Source: Squalus acanthias
Lineage: Eukaryota
Assembly: GCA_030390025.1 (NCBI GenBank)
Contig: CM059432.1
Span: 62,560,001 to 62,624,000 of the forward strand
Direction of reading: 5' to 3'
Length of the DNA stretch: 64,000 bases
This document shows, in pieces, positions 51,501 through 60,500 of this stretch. The position numbers were made by a program, and so were the translations under genes. How positions within the stretch are numbered: the first letter of the stretch is position 1; every line of letters starts with the position of its first letter. Below the pieces are notes generated by a model. The model was given only the letters and a program-made list of their open reading frames with translations. It had not been told where the DNA came from and made no database searches.

Positions 51501-54500
51501 AAATAGCTGGGAAGGGAGTGGGCTCGTTTAAAAAAAGCCGGGACGGGAGCGGGCACATTATCGTGCTCATTTTAAAAAAGTAGAGACATCATGCTTCCGG
51601 TTGTTGGAGTGCGCAGTACGCTTCTGCGCAGCTTCCGGTCATTGGCAGCAGTCACTCCGAATATTTATTCGCCTCCTGCGAGCAATTGGTCGCCCGCCCC
51701 TTGTCCCGCCTCCGTTAAAACTGAAAGTGGGAGGGTTCGAGATGGGTTGGGTTCCTGTTTCAGATTTTTTGAAATTTAACCTCTGACTCAACCCCAGCCC
51801 ACCTGTTTTTGGGAGTTAAGATTCAGCCCCTGGTGTCTGAGAGCCTCTGAAGTACAAAAAAGGGGCTCTCAACTGCAGCTCACTGGATTGCAGGATCTTT
51901 TGCTGTCTGGTTTGCCAGGAGAGTTTCTAGCTTCCAGGTCGCTGCTTCTACACTCTTTTTCCCTTACAACCCTCAGTCAGCTTTCTCTCCTTATTGGCCC
52001 AGAACTTGCTGGAAAAATAACAGCGAGTTCATGGTGCATGCCGTGTTTAGTGTGTAAAAAAACAGCAATTTGTGGCAAGGAAGAGATACAGCGTAAGCTG
52101 CAAATCGCCACAAATATCTGGGCAATTTGTGCTGTTCCGCCGTTAGCCTCACACAAATTGTAGCTCACTATCAACCTCCCCATAAGTGTCAAGAAATTGC
52201 TTGATTTGTGCCGTAAATATGAATTAAACTTGGCACAGAAAGTTAGGGCTGCTATTTCACAGTGTAAGGACCCTGTTAATGGGGTGATTTATGGTCCTGA
52301 TATGCCACTCAACCTTGGAGGTCCAGAAAGGGAACAATTGAAACTGTGGAGTCTCACTCCTGCAGGTAGCAAATTTTTCCGAGAGGTTTTTTAAATTTAT
52401 ATTTTTAAATTTATTTTCTTACTTTTCCTTTCGGTCTCTTTTTTCCCTCTCTCTTAATCCAATCAATTTTCTCTTCTCCTTATTTCTCTTTCTGTATCTA
52501 ATTTGACTCTAATTCACCCTTCTGCATCGTTTGCTCTGTTTCTTTCTCTATCCTTAAATATCATTGGTTAAGGAGATAGACGATTGGTCCCGTTGTTCAC
52601 CAAGGTCCCAGATGCCCCGTTGACCGTGTTATCAATTTGCACTGCCAGAAATTTGCGGTGCAACAATAATTGGAGCTGAAGGGTGAGGAAGAAATCCAGC
52701 TCATGGTGCATGTCTGAAAATGTGCCGCTCCAGCAAATTCTGGACCATTATGTTTTTCATTTTTCCATTATTGCTACTTTATTCTGGATGGACCAAGACT
52801 TGGAGGAGGAACAGTAGCCACAACAACCATCACCACCAGCAGCTGGGCCTCTCTGAAGACAGGAGGTACAGGCTAAGAGTCACCTTCTTGGACCTATCTG
52901 AGGAGCAGTGTAAAAGAAGGCTGCGCTTCTCCAGGCAGACTGTCGCAGAATTCTGTAGTCTCCTGGGACATGATATGCTGTCTGTTGGATCGGGGGATAT
53001 GTTTTGTCAGTGGCCCTCAAAGTCACCACAGCCCTGAATTTCTTCGCCACTGGATCCTTTCAGGCTGCTGTAGGAGACTTCAGCAGCATCTCGCAGTTCA
53101 TAGCTGCATTAAGCAGGTGACCAATGCCCTCTTCGCCAGGGAGGAGCAATACATCACCTTCCCCACTGACCTTAGCAGTCAACAGGAGAGATCTCTGGGC
53201 TTTGCAGCAGTGGCTGGCTTCCCTTGTGTGCAGGGTATCATTGATTTCACACATGTTGCCGTTAGGACACCATTTAGACAACTTCTATATCAATTACATT
53301 CTGACAATGCAGACTCAGAAGTTGCTTTTAAACCACTCTGCAGACCAAAGTGCCAAATGTGATTAATTTAATACAAAACATAATGGCCTGGAATTTGCAG
53401 TGGGTAATAACAGCGAACGAACAGCGTTCACTGTTATTACTCCTTTGAAACTGACCGCAACTTCAGTATTTAGTGCATGCGCATCCTAACGTGGGAATCC
53501 TGAAGTTGTTATTCACTGCTCCGACACTGCTCCGACACTTGTGCTGTGGCAACCCCCCCCCAACCGCCATAGCCGGCAATCAGTATAATAAGGGAAATCA
53601 GTGAAACTGATGAAAACTTTGGGTTTTCTGCGGTAATAATGCTGTTAAATACCCCATTAAAAGTTAGACCTTTTTAAATTAGGTGTAACTGGGGTTTTAA
53701 CAGTGTATTGACTGCTAAACAAATATTATGGCCCTGAAAAACTAATTTTGATTTTGTGGAGTGTCAAATTTATCCATTTTAAGAAAAATTAACATTTTTA
53801 AGAAACTAAATTTTTTTTAGTTTTTTAAAAAAGTTTGTTCATCTTTATTTCAGGTTTATCTTTTCCCAATGTGAGAGTCCCAATCTTTGTTTTGCTCTCT
53901 ATAACATTTTAATAAAGTTAGAATAAAAGGAACTTAATCACTTCCTAGTTCCCGGTCTATGAGAATTCTGCATTGTCATTGGCTGCTTAGACAGCTTGTT
54001 GACGTTAGGGATTCCTCATTAACTTACACTGATTTCAACTGAAGGTCGGAAAAGCCGAACTTCTTGCTACAGAGATTGCGAGATCTTTGTGGGGAGCTTA
54101 CTTCGGGGCCAGCAGCAAACGCCTTTGCTTCACTGCTGACCGCAAATTCCGGGCCATTGAATGACTTCTATTCATATCTCACCCAAGTGATCAACTGACA
54201 GTGTATTTCTTTAAAGAAGATTTCCTAACTCAGTTACTCTTATGAGGTGCTTCCCTCTTGGCCTGAGCAGAGCTGGTGGAAGGCTTCTGTTGCTTAAGTG
54301 GGGAATCTTGAGATGCTCGGGACCATTGACTTATGGGCGCTCAAGTCTGTGAGGGCCCAGCTGCAGACTGCAGCACCTTGGCTGCTGCCAGGGTGGTCTG
54401 GACAGACTGCAGCACTGCGGCTGCTGCCAGGGTGGTCTGGGCAGACTGCAGCCCCTCGGCTGCTGCCAGGGTGGTCTGGGCAGACTGCAGCCCCTCGGCT

Positions 54501-57500
54501 GCTGCCAGGGTGGTCTGGACAGACTGCGGCTGCTGCCAGGGTGGTCTGGGCAGACTGCAGCACTACGGCTGCTGCCAGGGTGGTCTGGGCAGACTGTAGC
54601 CCCTCGGCTGCTGCCAGGGTGGTCTGGACAGACTGCGGCTGCTGCCAGGGTGGTCTGGGCAGACTGCAGCACTGCGGCTGCTGCCAGGGTGGTCTGGGCA
54701 GACTGCAGCCCCTCGGCTGCTGCCAGGGTGGTCTGGTCCAGCTGACTTGCTGGCACTATGGTGGGTATTGATTGAGGAGAGACGAATGTGCTGACAACTT
54801 GAGAGAAGCCAACACGTCCCACTCCCACCGCCCCAGCGCCACTCCTGTGATCTACGGGAAAGCAGACTGCAGAAGATGGCTGACCCCTTAAAGTCCCAAT
54901 TCAATCCACCAATCTCTTCATTGTGAAGCCTAGAGTCTGCATTGCAACCGTTTGAGCTTCTATCGAAGCTGCAAAGTGTGAAAACATGAACTCCTGTTGT
55001 GAGAGCCTGGCTGTACCATCCCTGGAGATGGCCACATTCTCCAAGGTAGACTGCAGAGTGGTGATGCCATGTGAGATGACACCACACAGGCTAGAAATGG
55101 ACTCCTCCACACTCTGTCATAGTAGTGAAACTGCTTGGCACAGCTTCCAATAGCTTGTACAGCTGTTTGTGTGAGGCCAGCAGTTTTCTTCTCATGTCTG
55201 GGTCTATGAAGTCCTCATCTTTGTCCACTGGGAGAGGGCTGCACTCTTCGGCGAGCTCTTGCCTGGGCTGTCCCTGGCACCATACCTGCTACTGTCCACT
55301 GGTGCTGTGTGTTTCACCACTTGCAGACCCCTCTAGATCACCATCTTTTATTTTTATTCGTTCATGGGATCTGGGCGTCACTGGCAAGGTCAGCATTCAT
55401 TGCCCATCCCTAATTGCCCTTGAGAAGGTGGTGGTGAGCTGTCTTCTTGAACCGCTGCAGTCCGTGTGGTGAAGGTACTCCCACAGTGCTGTTAGGGAGG
55501 GAGTTCCAGGATTTTGACCCAGTGACGATGAAAGAACGGCGATATATTTCCAAGTCAGGATGGTGTGTGACTTGGAGGGGAACTTGGAGGTGGTGGTGTT
55601 CCCATGCGCCTGCTGCCCTTGTCCTTCTAGGTGGTAGAGGTCATGGGTTTGGGAGGTGCTGCCGAAGAAGCCTTGGCAAGCTGCTGCTGTGCATCTTGTA
55701 GATGGTACATACTGTAGCCACGGTACGCCGGTGGTGGAGGGAGTGAATGTTTAAGGTGGTGGATGGGGTGTCAATCAAGTGGGCTGCTTTGTCCTGGATG
55801 GTGTCGAGCTTCTTGAATGTTGCTGGAGCTGCACTCATCCAGGCAAGTGGAGAGTATTCCATTACACTCCTTACTTGTGCCTTGTAGATGGTGGAAAGGC
55901 TTTTGGGAGTCAGGAGGTGAGACACTTGCCACAGAATACCTAGCCTCTGACCTGCTCTTGTTGCCACAGTATTTATGTGGTTGGTCCAGTTAAGTTTCTG
56001 GTCAATGGTGACCCCCAGGATGTTGCTGGTGGGGGATTCAGCGATGGTAATGCCGTTGAGTGTCAAGGGGCGGTGGTTAGACTCTTGCTTGTTGGAGAAA
56101 GTAATTGCCCGACACTTCTGTGGCGCGAATGTTACCTGCCACTTATCAACCCAAGCCTGAATGTTGTCCAGGTCTTGTTGCCTGTGGGCATGGACTGCTT
56201 CAATTATGCTTCATTATCTGAGGAGTTGCGAATGGCACTGAACATTGGGCAGTCATCAGTGAACATCCCCATTTCTGACCTTATGTTGGAGGGAAGGTCA
56301 TTGATGAAGCAGCTGAAGATGGTTGGGCCTAGGACATTGCCCTGAGGAACTCCTGCAACGATGTCCTGGGGCTGTGATGATTGACCTTCAATCACCACAA
56401 CCACCTTCCTTTGTGCTAGGTATGACTCCAGCCAGTGGAGAGTTCCCCCCCCCCCCCCCCGATTCCCATTGACTTTAGTTTTACAAGGGCTTCTTGATGC
56501 CACACTCAGTCAAATGCTGCCTTGATGTCAAGGGCAGTCACTCCCACCTCACCTCTGGAATTCAGCTCCTTTGTCCATGTTTGGACCATCTACCTCACGC
56601 AGAGTGGCAAAAAGAGAAAGAGAGCAGTGAAGTGGGATGTGAGCATATTAAAGATGGTAAGACTATAATGGATAATATGGAAATAGCCGCCTTCTTAAAT
56701 GAGTACTTTATATCTGTTTTCACAGTGTAGGAAAAGGATATAATACCAACAGTACAAGGAAACCGTAAAATACATCAAGGGGAGGAGCTTAATGAATTTA
56801 ATATAAGTTTAAAAATGGTAATGGAGAATAAAAGGGGACTTAAGATAATTAAATCTCCAGGCCAATGGTTTTCACCCCAGGGTATTGAAAGAAATAGGTA
56901 AGGAAATTGAAGATGCCTTAGTCATAATTTTTCAAAGCTATTTAAATTCACTAATTGTGCCTTTGGATTGGAAAATTGAAAATGCCATTCCATTATTTAA
57001 GAAGGAAGGGAGGAAGAAACCAGGTAACTTCAGACCTGTCAGTTGAGCATTAATTGTGAGCAAGTTACTGGAATCTATCATCAGAGACAGAGTGACGCTG
57101 CACTTGGACAAGTATGAGTTGATCAAAGAGAGTGAGCATGGATTTTTGAAGTGTAGGTCATGTCTGACTTTTTTGAGGAAGTCAGTAGCATAGTGAATAT
57201 GGGAGTGTCTATGGATGTTGTCTATATGGACTTCCAGAGGCATTTGATAAGGTTTTGCACAAGATATTATTAGCAAAAATGGAAGCGCACAGAATTGGAG
57301 GTAACTTTATGACATGGGCCAGTAATTGGTTGGAAGCTTGGAGACAGAGAGTAGGGATAAAGAGAATGTTCTCTAATTGGCAGGATGTGACAAGAGGTAT
57401 TCCCCAGATGTGTACTGGAGCCTCAGCTTTTCCCCATATATATTAATGACTTAGATGAAGGAATAGAGAGTTATATATTCAAGTTTGTAGATGAAACTAA

Positions 57501-60500
57501 GTTAGGAGGCACAGTAAGTTGTGTTGATGGAAGCAGAAAGTCACAAAGGAACATAGACAGACTAATTGAGTGGGCAAAACTATGGCAGATGGAGTTCAAT
57601 GTGGTGAACTGTGAGGTCATCCACTTTGGATCTGAGAAAGACAAATCAGAATATTTTATTAATGGTGAGAGACTAGGAACAGTGGGGGAGCAAAGGGTTT
57701 TGGGTGTCCATGTATACAAATCACTAAAAGCTAGTGTACAGGTACAAAAAGTAATCAAAAAAGCTAATGTTGTCATTTATATCAAGAGGATTGGAATTCA
57801 GAAGTGAGGAATAGAAGATTCAGTTGTCCAGAGACTTGCTTAGACCCCATCTGGAGAACTGCGTTCAGTTTTGGGCACCAAACCTCAGGAACGATATATT
57901 GGCCTTGGCGGAAGTACAGCACAGATTTCACAAGAATGATGCCAGGGCTTAAAGGGTTAAATTATGAAAGCAGGTTGCATAAACTTAGCTTGTATTCCCT
58001 TGAGTTTAGAAGGTTGAGGGGTGATCTAACCAAGGTGTTAAAATGATAAAAAGATTCAATAGAGTACATAAAGACAACCTATTTCCTCTGATGGGGGAAT
58101 CCAGAGCAAGATGGCATACTCTTAAAATTAGATCTAATCAATTTAGGAGAGAAATCACAAAACACTTTTTCTTACAAAGGGTAGTTGAAATCTGAAACTT
58201 GCTCCCCCAAAAGGCTGTGGATGCTGGGTCAATTAAAACTTTCAAAACTGAGATTGATAGATTTTTGTTAGGTAAGGGTATCAAGGGATATGGAGCAAAG
58301 GTGGGTAAATGGAGTTGAGGTGCAGATCAGCAATGATCGAATTAAATGTTGAAACAGCCTTGAGGAGCTGAATGGCCTAACCTGTTCCTGTTCCTACTTG
58401 AGTTATTAGGAGTGGCACTCATGCTGCCTGCTCTCTTCCAGGTCAGACTGGGACTACTGGTTTATGATGGGACTTATTGGAATAGCAGTCGGGATCCTGG
58501 GATTTTTTATACATCAGGCCATTGACACTCTTATCAAATTGAAATGGAAGCTTGTTCTGCATTATGTACAGGTAAGGAACAGAAACAAAATAATTAGTGT
58601 ATGTGAACTTGCTTTAGAATTTCTTCTCAGTTTTCTATTAATTGAAATTGGTTTCAATTTCTTAAATTATGTGGGGGTAAATTGGATTCGGCCCGAAAAC
58701 GGGTTCGGGGATTGTGATCTGCCCACGCCCGTTCAAAGTGGTGTAGGCAGCATGCAAAATTTGTGCTGCCTGCTCATTATAATGATTGGAGTGCTGAGCT
58801 CAGCACTAAACACGCTGCTGGTTGGCTTAGCGCTCAAGAGGGGGGCCAATATTGGGTGCAGTCTACTGGCCAATAAAATTTCGCCTAGGCTCTCTGCACT
58901 TCTTAAGGGGAGGTTCTTTATTGCAGAAACACCTCATTGTCACTGTGGATGCAGCCATGTCACAACATGGAAGAGAAAGGGCACGGCCAATGTTCCCTTT
59001 AATTTCTTTTTGGGTGTGCGACCCCTTTAACGTGCCGCGCAGCTCATTCAAATTTCCGCAGGTGCGCAGTTTTTCCATTTAAAAGCCGGTGAGCCGGCTG
59101 TGTGGGACCTGCAGACAGCCACGCGGCTGCGCGGCCCCACAGCTTAAAGGGAACATTGGGCACGTCAGTGCTCAGTGGGGGTACACAGAAGAAGATAGGT
59201 TCTTTACCCATCGGGGGGCAAGAGGCCTTCCAGACAGAATGCCAGAAGGCAGTGGGAAGAGATAGCCCAAGCCGTCAGTGCCATTAGTGTTGCCCCCAGG
59301 ACCTGGATCCAGCACTGCAAGAAGTTTAATGTCCTCACACGAGTGGTCAAGGTGAGTGAATGCAACTTCAAATGCCATATCCCACCAACTGCACCACTAG
59401 CCTCACACACTGCACAATGCACCACACCCCCAGCACTCGCCTACCAACAATCTCTAGCAATCACAACTCATACCTCACAATCATAGCTTCACCTCACCCT
59501 CACACACTTACCACTGCTGCAAGCCTCACACCCACATCTCACACCTTGCACACAATGTCAGCTATTCAACCATGACAGGCACATCACCCAAACACATTGC
59601 ACCACACTCACTGACACACTTCCCTTTCTCTTGCAGGCCAAGACGGCTCACAACCGCCGTGAGCAGCAGCACACAGGCGGGGGTGAAGCACATCTGCAGA
59701 ACCTTACTGTGCTGGAGGACACTGTGCTGGAGATAATTGGAGGGGCCTGTCACTGATGCTGTGGCGAGGTTGAAAGTATTGCAGATGACAGTATGTTCAT
59801 TCCTAATCCTTCTCACATCCCACTTCCCCCTCATCGCACAATCTCTTCTCACTTACAAGCTACTGATAGTGTAAGTATGCACATCTTGCTTCCACCCCCT
59901 CCCCTCACCACAACCCGACCCATGTGCCTTTCTCCTTCCAGATATCCAAGAATTGCCAGCAGCCCAGCCTATCCCTGATGTAGCAGAGGAGGAGAATGAT
60001 GGAGAAGAAGAGGCACCGTCACTCGATTTGACACTCCCAGGCACCAGCTCAGAAAATGGCACAGCGCGAACTTTAGAGGGTAGTATAGAGGCGGGACCTG
60101 CACATGGTGAGTCACCGGGCACAAATGGACTGCAACCAAGGCCAAGGGGAAAGGGTAGCTCGGGTGCCAGCTCCCCAGAGGGGGAGTTCTCACACAAGTT
60201 CTGCTGCACAGGACTTAGATGAGGACTTTGATGGGACGGCCTTCAGAAGAAGGGTGATGGGCACGCACACAGAAATGCTTGGTGCAATGGCAGGCCTGTC
60301 AGAGAGCCTCTTGTCAGTGTCAAGGAGCATGGAGGAGTCTGGCTCCAACAATGCATGGGGCTTTGCGCAGAGCTTGGAGCCCATGATTTCCAGGATAGAA
60401 GTGATGGTCAACTTCATTCGAACACTTGTGGACCCAACCATGATGCTGGGTGTGATAGGCGATGTCGTAGCTTCCATTGCAGCACAAGCAGAAGCGACGG

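Noticed and set aside
51233..51555. 30-bp periodic array as a CRISPR-like locus
   Set aside because: Units are contiguous degenerate tandem copies with no unique spacers; eukaryotic context and no cas genes.
54294..55087. Several long repetitive ORFs (Cys/Gly- or Pro/Gln-rich) as real genes
   Set aside because: Open in multiple frames on both strands because the GC-rich minisatellite lacks stops; no splice or promoter support.
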